64,000 bases of DNA from an uncultured Kiloniellales bacterium (GCA_947258885.1 CAMYKD010000004.1:1447-65446), one strand, 5' to 3'; counted from the first letter of the stretch, positions 1-10,098 are shown. Numbers and translations are program-made. Notes: generated by a model not told the origin, from the letters alone.

Positions 1-184
1 GATTTCTTGAAAGAAGACCCAAGAATGTCCCTTCCAGGCCATTGGCGGATCGATTGTCGCGCAGTAAGCTTCCACAAGACGTACGGCGTCGTTGCACTTG
101 GCGCTCCGTTTGTTCCATCCCGGTCAATCCCCGGTCCGTCATGATCCTGACATCCGACACCGCGGCCCAGTGATCCGCTGAGCG

Positions 185-1099
185 ATGCAGATCTACCTGC
201 CCATTGCCGAGCTCTCCGTGGACGTCTTCTTGCTGCTGGGCCTAGGCGGAGCGATCGGATTTCTTTCCGGCCTCTTCGGGGTTGGCGGCGGCTTTCTGAT
301 GACTCCCATCCTGATCTTCATCGGCATCCCGCCGCCGGTCGCCGTCGGCACCGAGGCCAACCAGATCGTCGCCTCCTCGGTTTCGGGCGTGTTGGCGCAC
401 TGGCGGCGCGGCAATGTCGATTTCAAGATGGGCGGTATCCTGCTGCTCGGCGGCCTGCTCGGCTCGACCTTGGGGGTCTGGCTGTTTGCGGTCCTGCGGC
501 AACTCGGCCAGATCGACCTGGTGATCAAGCTCTGCTACGTCACCTTCCTCGGGATCATCGGCGGCCTGATGTTCGTCGAGAGCCTGCGCGCACTGGGTCG
601 CCGCCGCCGCGCCACGGCGGCGCGCGACAAGATGCACAAGCACACCTGGATTCACGGCCTGCCGCTCAAAATGCGCTTCCGCAGATCGAAGCTGTACATC
701 TCGGCGCTGTTGCCGGCCGGCGTGGGCGTGCTGGTCGGGGTGCTCTCGGCGATCATGGGCGTGGGCGGCGGCTTCATCATGGTCCCGGCGATGATCTATC
801 TGCTCGGTATGCCGACCGCGGTGGTCGTCGGCACCTCGCTGTTCCAGATCATCTTCGTCACGGCCAACGTTACCTTCCTTCAGGCCTACGCCAACCAGAC
901 GGTGGACGTCGTGCTCGCGGTGATTCTGCTGACCGGCGCCGTCATCGGCGCCCAGTTCGGCGCCAGGGCCGGCGCCAAGCTGCGCGGCGAGCAACTGCGC
1001 ATCCTGCTGGCGCTCATGGTGCTGGTCGTCTGCGGCAAGCTGCTCTACGACCTGACCGTGACGCCGGCGGACCTCTATTCGATCGGGGGGGGCGAATGA
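185..1099 (+). CDS. Sulfite exporter TauE/SafE family membrane protein
   Basis: Very hydrophobic, with two GxFGVGGG/MGVGGG repeats typical of TauE/SafE. ATGA overlap with the next gene. Confidence 0.88.
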   Translation: MQIYLPIAELSVDVFLLLGLGGAIGFLSGLFGVGGGFLMTPILIFIGIPPPVAVGTEANQIVASSVSGVLAHWRRGNVDFKMGGILLLGGLLGSTLGVWLFAVLRQLGQIDLVIKLCYVTFLGIIGGLMFVESLRALGRRRRATAARDKMHKHTWIHGLPLKMRFRRSKLYISALLPAGVGVLVGVLSAIMGVGGGFIMVPAMIYLLGMPTAVVVGTSLFQIIFVTANVTFLQAYANQTVDVVLAVILLTGAVIGAQFGARAGAKLRGEQLRILLALMVLVVCGKLLYDLTVTPADLYSIGGGE

Positions 1100-1830
1100 T
1101 CCGTATCGCCGCCCTGCTGACCGTGCTGTTCGCCGCCGCGCCGCTGCGCGCGGCCCCCATCGTGGTCGACCTGTCCGAGCACTTGGTGGCGATCACCGCC
1201 GGTTTTGCCGGCGCCGAGGTGCTGTTGTTCGGGGCCGTCGACGAGCCGGGCGACGTCGTCGTCATCGTGCGCGGCCCGACGCGGCCGATGATCATGTACC
1301 GCAAGAGCCGGCACTTCGGAATTTGGGTCAACGCCGATCATATGACCTTCGAGGATGTGCCCGCCTACTACGCCATCGCGAGCACGCGGCCGCTGGAGGA
1401 CATCGCGGCACCGACGGTACTGGCGCGCAACGAGATGGGGGTCGAAAACCTGCGGCTCGAGTTGCCGCGGGCCAAGGCTTCGCCGAACGTGGCGCAGGAC
1501 TGGCGCGAAGCCCTGATACGCAACCAGCAGCGCGCCGGCCTCTACCCGGCGGAGGCGGGGCGGGTGGGGTTCCTCGGAGACCGCTTGTTCCGCACCCGCC
1601 TGACCTTGCCAGCCAATGTCCCGACCGGCGCCTACGAAGCCAAGGTCTACTACCTGCGCGAGGGCCAGATCGTGAGCGCGCAGACGACGCCGCTCTTCGT
1701 GAGCAAGGTCGGCGTGGAGGCGGAAATTTTCGACTTCGCCTACGAGCAGAGCGCCCTCTATGGCATCGTTGCGATACTCGTGGCACTGATGGCAGGATGG
1801 CTGGCCCACATTGCGTTCCGGAGAGCTTGA
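1096..1830 (+). CDS. TIGR02186-family conserved alphaproteobacterial membrane-anchored protein
   Basis: Signal peptide, 'AITAGFAGAEVLLFGA', 'GIWVN', 'LFRTRLTLPANVPTGAY' and a C-terminal TM helix. Usual partner of the preceding TauE gene. Confidence 0.75.
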   Translation: MIRIAALLTVLFAAAPLRAAPIVVDLSEHLVAITAGFAGAEVLLFGAVDEPGDVVVIVRGPTRPMIMYRKSRHFGIWVNADHMTFEDVPAYYAIASTRPLEDIAAPTVLARNEMGVENLRLELPRAKASPNVAQDWREALIRNQQRAGLYPAEAGRVGFLGDRLFRTRLTLPANVPTGAYEAKVYYLREGQIVSAQTTPLFVSKVGVEAEIFDFAYEQSALYGIVAILVALMAGWLAHIAFRRA

Positions 1831-1837
1831 CACTGCG

Positions 1838-2323
1838 ATGAACGACGGCCCCGGCAGTTCCGACGACCGCGTCTTCCTTGTCGTCGTCGACGACAGCGAG
1901 GAAATGGGCGTTGCGCTGCGCTTCGCATGTCGTCGGGCGAGCAACACCGGTGGACGGGTGGCCCTGCTCTTCGTCGTCGAGCCCACGGATTTCCAGCACT
2001 GGATGGCGGTCGGCGACCTGATGCGCGAGGAGGCGCGCAACGAGGGCGAACAGCTGCTGCAGAGGCTGGCGGCGCGGGTCAACGAGCTGACCGGCACGCT
2101 GCCGGTGCTCTATGTACGCGAGGGCTCGCGCCGGGAGGAGTTGCTGAAGCTGATCGACGAGGAGCCCAGCATCTCGATCCTGGTCCTGGGCGCCAGCGTC
2201 GACAAACGCGGCCCCGGGCCCCTGATCGAGGCGCTGACCGGCAAGTTCGTCGGCAAGCTCCGGGTGCCGGTGACCATCGTGCCGGGCAACCTCGACGAAG
2301 AAGACATCGACAGCATTTCCTGA
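1838..2323 (+). CDS. Universal stress protein (UspA family)
   Basis: 'FLVVVDDSEE...ALRFA', 'ILVLGA' and 'PVTIVP' motifs. ATG at 1838. Confidence 0.88.
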   Translation: MNDGPGSSDDRVFLVVVDDSEEMGVALRFACRRASNTGGRVALLFVVEPTDFQHWMAVGDLMREEARNEGEQLLQRLAARVNELTGTLPVLYVREGSRREELLKLIDEEPSISILVLGASVDKRGPGPLIEALTGKFVGKLRVPVTIVPGNLDEEDIDSIS

Positions 2324-2403
2324 TTTGGCGCCGGTCCCGGTGTGTCAGCGGCCCCGCGTGGCCCCTGCCGCCTCGGGCCCGAAGCCGATCGTTCGCCCGG
2401 AAG

Positions 2404-2432
2404 CTTGATCTTTGCCCTGTCCTGACCCACAT
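2404..2432 (+). promoter_or_regulatory. Putative RpoH (sigma32) promoter of nifU
   Basis: CTTG-N18-CCCACAT resembles the alphaproteobacterial RpoH consensus CTTG-N17/18-CYTATNT. Confidence 0.4.
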
Positions 2433-2470
2433 TGAATGGACCTCAGGACAAGCCTGTCGGGAGAGGCAAG

Positions 2471-3028
2471 ATGTTCATACAGACCGAAGCGACGCCCAAC
2501 CCCGCGACCCTCAAGTTTCTACCGGGCCGCGACGTCATGCAGAGCGGGACGGCGAATTTCCCGGATCGCGAATCGGCGGCGCGTTCGCCGCTCGCCGAGC
2601 GGCTATTCCAGGTCGACGGCCTCACCGGCGTATTCCTCGGCTCCGATTTCATCACCGTGACCAAGGCCGACGACCGGGAGTGGCATCTCTTGAAGCCCGC
2701 CATCCTCGGCGTCATCATGGAGCACTTCACGGCCGGCCGGCCGGTCGTCCTGGGCGAAGAGCAACAGAGCGCGCAGGGGTCGGAGTCCGACGAGGACTCC
2801 GAGGTCGTCGCGCAGATCAAGGAGCTGATCAATACGCGGGTCCGACCGGCGGTTGCCCAGGACGGCGGGGACATCGTCTTCCACGGCTTCGAGAACGGGG
2901 TCGTGCTTTTGCATATGCAGGGAGCCTGCGCGGGCTGTCCCAGCTCGACCGCCACGTTGAAGATGGGCATCGAGAACATGCTTCGTCATTACATTCCCGA
3001 AGTCGTCGAGGTGCGCGCCGTCTTCTAG
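2471..3028 (+). CDS. nifU: NifU/NfuA-type Fe-S cluster carrier
   Basis: 'MFIQTEATPNPATLKFLPG' Nfu N-domain; 'VRPAVAQDGGDI...GACAGCPSS' CxxC. GAGAGG RBS before ATG 2471. Confidence 0.93.
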   Translation: MFIQTEATPNPATLKFLPGRDVMQSGTANFPDRESAARSPLAERLFQVDGLTGVFLGSDFITVTKADDREWHLLKPAILGVIMEHFTAGRPVVLGEEQQSAQGSESDEDSEVVAQIKELINTRVRPAVAQDGGDIVFHGFENGVVLLHMQGACAGCPSSTATLKMGIENMLRHYIPEVVEVRAVF

Positions 3029-3107
3029 GATGTGATCCCCACAGCCGGCCGCGCCGCGCCGCGGGGGCGAGCGCGGACCAGGGGCCGGCCCGGGGCAGGC
3101 AGGGGGA

Positions 3108-4127
3108 ATGGGCCGAGATATCGAGTACTCGTTGGTGCCGCCAGCCGGCCGGGTGCTGTACGCGGCCATTGGCGGCGCCTGTGTCCTGACGGCCCTGGTC
3201 GCCGCCGGGGTGGCCGCGACGATCCCGAGCGCGGCGGATCTGGCGGCCATCGGTTCCGAAGCCGGAATTCCGACCCTGGTCGGGCCAGAGCGGATCCTGG
3301 TCGAGAGCTTGGTGCGCCCGGCGGACGCCGGACATCTGCAGTCGGTCTTCGAGACCCTCGACTACAATCTGAAAGCGGTGCGCAGCGGCGGCGCCACGGT
3401 GCCGCGGGTCTATGTCACCGCTTTGCCCGAGGACTTGTCCCAGGTGGCGCCGACCGAAAAGCGCAAGGCGCTCTTCCTGAGATCCGTGCTGCCCCTGGTG
3501 CTGACGGCGAACGAAGAGCTGCACAAGCTGCGCGCAAGGATCCAAAGGGTGTATGAGCAGACGTGCCAGCCGGGCGGTCCGAGCGACGAGGACGAGGCGT
3601 GGCTCCGCCGGGTGAGCGTCCGGTACAATGTCTCTACGGACCAGGGTGTCGACGAGTTGCTGCGCCGCGTCGACGAGGTGCCCGTGAGTTTGGCGCTCGC
3701 GCAGTCGATAGAGGAAAGCGGGTGGGGCACGTCCCGCTTCGCGCGCGTCGGCAACGCACTCTTCGGACAGCGCACCTGGGCAAGAAGGGTGGCAGGCGTA
3801 GTGCCGGCTGGGCGTGGCCGGGATCAGACCTTTCGAGTGCGCAGCTACATGAACCTGATGGGTGCTGTACGCTCCTATATGCACAACCTGAACACGCACC
3901 CCGCCTACGCGCTCCTGCGCGCGGCGAGGGCCCGTCAGCGTGCGGCCGGGCAACCGGTCGACGGCTATGCCTTGGCTGCAACGCTGCTCGGTTATTCGGA
4001 GCGGGGCGAAGCCTATGTCGATCAGTTGCGCGGTCTCATGCGCGTCAATGGCTTGGCCGCGTTGGAGCGGGCCCGCCTGTCGGCCGCAGCCAAGGCCCGG
4101 CGTGTCGCCGGGGCCGGCGAGGGCTGA
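3108..4127 (+). CDS. Bax-like glucosaminidase-domain (GH73) peptidoglycan hydrolase
   Basis: N-terminal TM/signal, then 'KRKALF', 'LAQSIEESGWGTSRFA...GNALFG', 'YMHNLNTHPAY' and 'YSERGEAY'. Confidence 0.85.
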   Translation: MGRDIEYSLVPPAGRVLYAAIGGACVLTALVAAGVAATIPSAADLAAIGSEAGIPTLVGPERILVESLVRPADAGHLQSVFETLDYNLKAVRSGGATVPRVYVTALPEDLSQVAPTEKRKALFLRSVLPLVLTANEELHKLRARIQRVYEQTCQPGGPSDEDEAWLRRVSVRYNVSTDQGVDELLRRVDEVPVSLALAQSIEESGWGTSRFARVGNALFGQRTWARRVAGVVPAGRGRDQTFRVRSYMNLMGAVRSYMHNLNTHPAYALLRAARARQRAAGQPVDGYALAATLLGYSERGEAYVDQLRGLMRVNGLAALERARLSAAAKARRVAGAGEG

Positions 4128-4139
4128 TGTCTGGGGGCC

Positions 4140-5201
4140 CTACCCCCCCGGCACGTAGAATTGGCGTCCAAGCCAGCGCCAGCGGCCCTCCGGCCCCGGC
4201 AGGGTGCAGTTGATCCGATTGCGGCCCGGCTTGAAGGCTTCGGAGAGCCGTACCTCGACCCGCCGGCTGCCCAGCTGCTCGATGTTGAGCGTCTGGCCGA
4301 TGGCATAGCAGGCGATCCTCTCCAGGTTGCCGAAGCCCTCAAGCACTGTAAATCCGTAGGGCGGCGGGTTGTTTGCGGCGGTCAGCAGCGGGTCAATCGG
4401 CGTGACGTCGACCGTGGGCATGGGCAGGGTGTTGGCCACCAGGCGAAAACGCTGAAGGTCGCCGTAAGACTCGTTGAGCGGAAAGCGCGGCAAGGCGTAG
4501 CGGTCTGTGGTTCGGGCAATGGCGCCGGAATGCTGCCCGAAAGCGGCCGCGAAGCCCAATTCCGCCACGAGGTCGCGTAAGGCCCGCCCATACTCGCCGA
4601 AAGGATAGGCGAAGAGCTCTGGAGCGACGCCGAGCTGCTCACGAATCCGCGCTCTGCCACGGGCGATTTCTTGACGGGTTTCCGCCATGGACCGTCCGAA
4701 CATACTACGATGCGTGACGCCGTGGGCGGCGATCGTCACGCCGCCGCCGGCGAGCATCTCGCGCAGCTGGACCCAGTTCATATAGCCGGGATAATTGCGG
4801 TCGACCGGTTCTGTGGCGACGAACAGCGTGAAAGGCAGGCCCGCATTCCGCAGTCGAGGCCAAGCCTGGGTGTAGACCGACAGGAAGGCGTCGTCGATGG
4901 TAATCGCAAGGCTGCGCTCCGGCAGCTTGCGTCCGCCGGCGAGCGCGGCGACGATCTCGGGCAGCGGCAGGACGTTGTAGCGCCCCGAACCGAGCTCTTC
5001 GATGTGGCCGTCGAACTGGTCGAGTCCGATATTCGTGGCGGCATAGCTGCCCTCCCCGAAGCGGTGGTACATGACCACAACAGCACCGTTGTCGGCCGCG
5101 GGCTCGGCGGCCGAGACAACGGCACCGGCCCCCGGCCAAATTTGAACGGCGACAAACAGGGCGGCGGCCCAGCGCCAGAGCGTGGCGATCGCGTTCTGCA
5201 T
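4140..5201 (-). CDS. Exported polysaccharide deacetylase (CE4/NodB fold)
   Basis: Signal peptide; 'VMYHRF', 'ITIDDA', 'AHGVTH', 'FAYPFG' motifs; C-terminal beta domain. Start chosen at MQNAIA. Confidence 0.88.
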   Translation of the reverse strand: MQNAIATLWRWAAALFVAVQIWPGAGAVVSAAEPAADNGAVVVMYHRFGEGSYAATNIGLDQFDGHIEELGSGRYNVLPLPEIVAALAGGRKLPERSLAITIDDAFLSVYTQAWPRLRNAGLPFTLFVATEPVDRNYPGYMNWVQLREMLAGGGVTIAAHGVTHRSMFGRSMAETRQEIARGRARIREQLGVAPELFAYPFGEYGRALRDLVAELGFAAAFGQHSGAIARTTDRYALPRFPLNESYGDLQRFRLVANTLPMPTVDVTPIDPLLTAANNPPPYGFTVLEGFGNLERIACYAIGQTLNIEQLGSRRVEVRLSEAFKPGRNRINCTLPGPEGRWRWLGRQFYVPGG

Positions 5202-5390
5202 CCTTGCGGCGGTCCTGAAAAAGCTGGCGGTTGACCAAGCGCACTCTACCCTCGGCCGGACCGCGGGCTCAAGATGCGCGGCCCGTGGCACAAAGTTTCG
5301 CTAGGGGCTTGCCGGCCGCGACCGGGCGGTCCAATTTAGTATCGTGGCTGGACCTCGACGACCGGCCGCGCGCGACAGACGAGAGGAACA

Positions 5391-5987
5391 ATGGTGAGCA
5401 ACATCCTGAGCGACGCGAGCTTGGATCAAATGTTCCGGAACGCCCGGACCCATACGGCTTGGCTCGACCAGGGGGTCAGCGACGTGCTTCTGGAAGCGGT
5501 CTACGATTTGGCGAAAATGGGGCCGACCAGCGCCAACTGCAGTCCCATGCGTGTGGTCTACGTGCGTTCGCCGGAGGCGAAGGCGCGGCTCAAACCCGCG
5601 CTGGCCGAGGGCAACGTCGCCAAGACCATGGCCGCGCCGGCCACGGCGATCATCGCCCACGACCTGGAGTTCTTCGAACGTCTGCCCAAGCTGTTCCCGC
5701 ACACCGACGCTCGCGCTTGGTTCGTGGGCAAGCCGCTGGAACACATCCGGGACACGGCGTTCCGCAACGGCAGCCTGCAGGGCGCCTATTTCATCATGGC
5801 GGCGCGCGCACTCGGGCTCGACTGCGGGCCGATGTCGGGCTTCGACAACGAGGCCGTCGACCGGGAGTTCTTCCCGGATGGGAGAATCAAATCGAACTTC
5901 CTGTGCAACCTGGGGCATGGGGATCACGACGAGTTGCGTCCGCGTGCGCCACGCCTCGATTTCGACGAGGCTTGCCAGGTGGTGTAA
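5391..5987 (+). CDS. rutE: Malonic semialdehyde reductase / RutE-like nitroreductase
   Basis: 'ARTH', 'GPTSANCSP', '[28 protein letters not shown]', '[10 protein letters not shown]'. GAGAGG RBS. Confidence 0.88.
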   Translation: MVSNILSDASLDQMFRNARTHTAWLDQGVSDVLLEAVYDLAKMGPTSANCSPMRVVYVRSPEAKARLKPALAEGNVAKTMAAPATAIIAHDLEFFERLPKLFPHTDARAWFVGKPLEHIRDTAFRNGSLQGAYFIMAARALGLDCGPMSGFDNEAVDREFFPDGRIKSNFLCNLGHGDHDELRPRAPRLDFDEACQVV

Positions 5988-6094
5988 AGGTGGGTCGGAA
6001 ATCGGGCCGGGACATCGAGACCCCCGAAGGGAAGGCGTAGCAGATGCACCAGGCCGACCGCCTGACGAAGGCGCACGGCTGAGGCCGCCGGCTC

Positions 6095-6793
6095 TTGGCA
6101 ACGGCGCGCCGCCTCTTGGCACTCGATGCTGCTGGATCAGCCTGCTCGGCGGCTGTCTGGGCCGACGGCTATGTCCTGGCGCGGCGCTGCGAAGCCATGC
6201 GGCGCGGCCAATCCGAGCGGTTGGTCCCGATGATCCAGGCCGTCATGGTGGAGGCGGGGCTGGATTACGCGGCGCTCGAGGCCATCGCGGTGACCTTGGG
6301 ACCGGGCGGATTTACCGGGGTACGCATCGGACTTGCCACGGCCCGCGGGCTGGCGCTGGCCTGCGGCCGCCCGGTTTTGGGAGTCAGCAGCTTTGCGGCG
6401 GTGGGCGCCGCCGTCACGGCGGAAGAGCGGCGCGGCCGTCGGCTGGCGGTGCTGCTCGACGCCAAGCGTGCCGATCTCTACGTGCAGGCTTTCGACGCGG
6501 ACTTGGCGCCACTGTCCGAGCCCGCATCTCTGCCGCCCGAGGACTTGGCCGGCCGTCTGCCGGCCGGCCCGCTGGTGCTTGCCGGGGACGGGGTTGACCA
6601 GGCGTATCGCGAGCTGGCCGAAGCGCGGGGCAGCGACCTTCTGGTTTCTGCGGCTCCGGGGCACAGCGATGCGGCGCGGGTCGCCGAGCTGGCAGCGATC
6701 CTGCCCCTGCCCTTGCCGGACGCCCGGGCGCCCGAGCCGCTCTATTTGCGCCCGCCTGACGTGACCTTGCCCGCCGGTCCGCGCAGGTCATGA
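6095..6793 (+). CDS. tsaB: tRNA threonylcarbamoyladenosine biosynthesis protein TsaB
   Basis: 'LLALD', 'GQSERLVPMI', 'AVTLGPGGFTGVRIG', 'EPLYLRPPD'. Only a TTG start is available after an in-frame stop at 6080. Confidence 0.9.
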   Translation: MATARRLLALDAAGSACSAAVWADGYVLARRCEAMRRGQSERLVPMIQAVMVEAGLDYAALEAIAVTLGPGGFTGVRIGLATARGLALACGRPVLGVSSFAAVGAAVTAEERRGRRLAVLLDAKRADLYVQAFDADLAPLSEPASLPPEDLAGRLPAGPLVLAGDGVDQAYRELAEARGSDLLVSAAPGHSDAARVAELAAILPLPLPDARAPEPLYLRPPDVTLPAGPRRS

Positions 6794-7254
6794 CCGGCGC
6801 CGCAACTGCGCTCCGGCCGGTGGGGCTGTTCGACGCGGCTGTGATTTCGCTGCTGCATGCCGAATGTTTCGATGAGGCGCGTTGGGACGAGCGTGCGGTC
6901 ACCGAGATCCTTGCCCTGCCCGGAGCCTACGGGTTCATCGCCTTGGAACACGAGGCGCCCGGGGGGTTCGTGCTGGCGCGCGTGGCTGCGGACGAATGCG
7001 AGATTCTGTCTCTGGGCGTCCGGCGCGCCTCCCGGCAAGGCGGCCTGGGCCGCGAGCTGCTGCGGGCGGCTCTCCGCTTCGCGACTGCGTCCAGGGCGCG
7101 GGCCGTTCACCTCGAGGTGGCGGAGAACAACACGGCGGCTCGGCACCTCTATGCGGTCGAGGGATTCACTGTCACGGGCCGGCGGGGCGGCTACTACCGT
7201 CGTGCAGGATCCCCGGAAGTCGCGGCCCTGGTGCTCAGTCGCGACCTGCCCTGA
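6790..7254 (+). CDS. rimI: RimI-like GNAT N-acetyltransferase
   Basis: 'ECEILSLGV...RQGGLGRELL', 'LEVAENNTAARHLY...GF...GRRGGYY'. Coupled to tsaB by ATGA. Confidence 0.85.
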   Translation: MTGAATALRPVGLFDAAVISLLHAECFDEARWDERAVTEILALPGAYGFIALEHEAPGGFVLARVAADECEILSLGVRRASRQGGLGRELLRAALRFATASRARAVHLEVAENNTAARHLYAVEGFTVTGRRGGYYRRAGSPEVAALVLSRDLP

Positions 7255-7380
7255 ACCTCCGGCCGGTGGCATGGAGCGCCGGTGAGCCGGCCACGGCAAG
7301 CATTGCGGCCCGGGATTGGCGCTATCCTTGGCCTGGAGAGCCATGTGCAAAGCAGGCGCTAATAGACGCTGACGCACTGC

Positions 7381-7450
7381 GCCGACTAGCATTGCTGTTT
7401 ATTTATTTGTATTGTTCAGTTGTTTTTGGATATAATAAATCCCATATAGA
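7381..7450. promoter_or_regulatory. AT-rich mucR promoter region
   Basis: Sharp AT-rich island (tttatttatttgtattgttcagttgtttttggatataataaat) including TATAAT. Ros/MucR proteins bind AT-rich DNA and typically autoregulate. Confidence 0.5.
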
Positions 7451-7482
7451 GCCGAAGCAGTGAAATGGGGCGCTAGAGGGCT

Positions 7483-7899
7483 ATGACAGAACAGACAAAA
7501 CCTGGCGAGATTCTATCTCTAACGACCAGTATCGTGGCGGCACATGTGTCAAACCACTCGGTCCCGGTCACCGATCTTCCGCAACTCATTCGGGACGTCT
7601 ATCAGACGTTGTCGACCGTCGAGGGTGGCGGCGACCGGGAGGCCGAGCGCCCGACGCCGGCGGTTCCGGTGAAGAAATCGGTGACGCCGGATCACATTGT
7701 GTGTCTCGAGGACGGGAAAAAGCTGAAAATGCTGAAGCGCCACCTCAAGACGGCCTACAACATGACGCCGGAGGAGTACCGCGAGCGCTGGGGGTTGGCG
7801 CCGGATTACCCGATGGTGGCGCCGAACTATGCGAAGCAACGTTCGAAGCTCGCAAAGCAGATTGGCCTTGGCACACGGGCCCGGCGAAAGCGCGCCTGA
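7483..7899 (+). CDS. mucR: Ros/MucR family nucleoid-associated regulator
   Basis: 'IVAAHVSN', 'PAVPVKKSVTPDHIVCLEDGKKLKMLKRHL', 'YRERWGLAPDYPMVAPNYA...RSKLAKQIGLG'. Confidence 0.95.
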   Translation: MTEQTKPGEILSLTTSIVAAHVSNHSVPVTDLPQLIRDVYQTLSTVEGGGDREAERPTPAVPVKKSVTPDHIVCLEDGKKLKMLKRHLKTAYNMTPEEYRERWGLAPDYPMVAPNYAKQRSKLAKQIGLGTRARRKRA

Positions 7900-7983
7900 C
7901 CCCTCGCAGCCGGAAAACCGGTGCCGGGCGGCGCACGCTCGGCTATGCTCGCAAGATTGGGCATATCTCTTTGCGACGGAGCG

Positions 7984-8445
7984 ATGACTTCGCGGATCGA
8001 ACAACTCTGTGCCGAGAAGGGCCTCAAGATGACCGAACAGCGTCGGGTCATCGCGCGGGTTCTGTCGGAGGCCACCGACCATCCGGACGTGGAGCTGCTT
8101 TATCGGCGGGCGGCCGAGGTCGACTCGCGGATTTCTATCGCCACGGTCTATCGCACAGTGAAGCTCTTCGAGGAGGCGAGCATTCTCGAGCGGCATGATT
8201 TCGGCGATGGGCGTGCACGCTATGAAAAAGCCTCCGAAGGCCACCACGACCACCTGATCGATGTGAATTCGGGCGAAGTCATCGAGTTTCGCAACGACGA
8301 AATCGAGAGTCTGCAGCACTTGGTGGCGAAGAAGCTCGGCTACCGGTTGGTCGGCCACCGTCTGGAGCTGTACGGCACAAAGATCGACCCGGAAACACCT
8401 GGGCGCGAATCCAGGCAAGACCGCCCCGGCAAACGAAAGGGATGA
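7984..8445 (+). CDS. fur: Fur/Mur family metal-responsive regulator
   Basis: 'MTEQRRVIA', 'DHPDVE', 'ISIATVYRTVKLF', 'HHDHLID', 'GHRLELYG'. Confidence 0.92.
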   Translation: MTSRIEQLCAEKGLKMTEQRRVIARVLSEATDHPDVELLYRRAAEVDSRISIATVYRTVKLFEEASILERHDFGDGRARYEKASEGHHDHLIDVNSGEVIEFRNDEIESLQHLVAKKLGYRLVGHRLELYGTKIDPETPGRESRQDRPGKRKG

Positions 8446-8682
8446 CGGAATTTGCGTCCTCGTGCGGAGCACTCGAGAACTCAGCGCCGATCGTGGAGAG
8501 GCAGCGGGCAGGCAGAGCAGTCGAATGGGCTTGATCGAGGCTGCGGGCGGTCAACCGGTCGAAGTCCGGGCCGAATGCCAGGATGTTGGACATGGCGCTG
8601 AAGCGACAGTGCAGATTCGGGACGAATTGGGACCGCCCGGCCACGGCCTGCCGCCACCGGTCCGGTGGTTTGTGAATCGGCT

Positions 8683-10098
8683 TTGACCAAGAAACTCTTC
8701 ATCAAGACGTACGGCTGCCAGATGAACGTCTACGACTCCGCACGCATGGCGGACGTCTTGGCGCCGCTCGGTTACAAGATCTCGGCCACGCCGCGGGACG
8801 CGGATCTGGTCATCCTGAATACCTGCCATATCCGCGAAAAGGCAGCGGAGAAGGTGTTCTCTGAACTGGGCCGTCTGAAGGGCTTCAAGGGCGAGAAGGA
8901 ATCCGGCGGCGGCCGCATGCTCATCGCGGTCGCCGGCTGTGTGGGCCAAGCCGAAGGGGACGAGGTCCTGCGCCGTGCGCCGCAGGTCGACATCGTTCTC
9001 GGCCCGCAGACCTACCATCGCTTGCCCGAAATCGTGGCCCGGGCGCTTGGGGCTGTGCCCGGTTCGGGAATTCTTGAGACCGACTTTCCGATCGAATCAA
9101 AGTTCGACCACCTGCCCGAGGAAGCGGTCTCTCAGGGACCGGCCGCCTTTCTTTCGGTGCAGGAGGGCTGTGACAAGTTCTGCACGTTCTGTGTCGTGCC
9201 CTACACGCGCGGCACCGAATTCTCGCGCCCTGTGGGCGAGGTCGTGGCAGAGGCCGAACGCCTGGTAGCTGCGGGCGCGGTGGAGATCACGCTGCTCGGT
9301 CAGAACGTAAACGCCTACCATGGCTCGGCGCCCGACGGCCGCGGCAGCTATGGTCTCGGTCGGTTGATCCGACGTCTGGCCGAGGTCGATGGCCTCGAAC
9401 GCCTGCGCTACACCACGTCGCACCCGCGCGATATGGATGACGAGCTGGTCGCTGCCCACGGTGACGTGGACAAGCTCATGCCTTACCTGCACCTGCCGAT
9501 CCAGTCGGGATCGGACCGGATCCTGGAGGCCATGAACAGGCGCCATGCGGCCGACGACTATCGCCGCGTCGTCGAACGGCTGCGCGCGGCCCGTCCGGAC
9601 CTGGCGTTGTCGTCGGACTTCATCGTCGGGTTTCCAGGCGAGACAGACCGGGATTTTGCCGAGACCCTGCGCGTTGTCACCGAGATCGGCTTCTCCCAGG
9701 CCTATTCGTTCAAGTACTCGCCGCGCCCGGGCACGCCGGCCGCGTCGGCCGAAGGGCAGGTGACGGACGCCGTGAAGAACGAACGCTTGGCCATGCTTCA
9801 AATCCTGTTGAACGAACAACAGGCCGCATTTAATCGGGCGAGCGAAGGGCACACCATGGCGGTTCTTCTCGAGCGATCGGGACGCCGCGCCGGGCAACTC
9901 GTCGGGCGCAGCCCATACATGCAGGCGGTTCACCTCGCCGCGCCACCGAGACTGCTGGGCCGAATCGTGGAGGTGCGCATCGATGCCGGGCACCCGAACA
10001 GCCTGGCCGGCTGCCTGGTTGGCGACCGGTCCGGCGGACCCACGACCCGCCGCCCCGCCGCGGAGCCAGGCGACGGCCTTTGGGAAGCCACGATATGA
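8683..10098 (+). CDS. miaB: tRNA-2-methylthio-N6-dimethylallyladenosine synthase MiaB
   Basis: '[12 protein letters not shown]', 'NTCHIREKA', radical SAM 'GCDKFCTFC', TRAM domain. TTG start inferred. Confidence 0.96.
   Translation: MTKKLFIKTYGCQMNVYDSARMADVLAPLGYKISATPRDADLVILNTCHIREKAAEKVFSELGRLKGFKGEKESGGGRMLIAVAGCVGQAEGDEVLRRAPQVDIVLGPQTYHRLPEIVARALGAVPGSGILETDFPIESKFDHLPEEAVSQGPAAFLSVQEGCDKFCTFCVVPYTRGTEFSRPVGEVVAEAERLVAAGAVEITLLGQNVNAYHGSAPDGRGSYGLGRLIRRLAEVDGLERLRYTTSHPRDMDDELVAAHGDVDKLMPYLHLPIQSGSDRILEAMNRRHAADDYRRVVERLRAARPDLALSSDFIVGFPGETDRDFAETLRVVTEIGFSQAYSFKYSPRPGTPAASAEGQVTDAVKNERLAMLQILLNEQQAAFNRASEGHTMAVLLERSGRRAGQLVGRSPYMQAVHLAAPPRLLGRIVEVRIDAGHPNSLAGCLVGDRSGGPTTRRPAAEPGDGLWEATI

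Noticed and set aside
8446-8682. 74-aa ORF (8462-8686) between fur and miaB
   Set aside because: Weak start, no RBS and no motif; probably non-coding.
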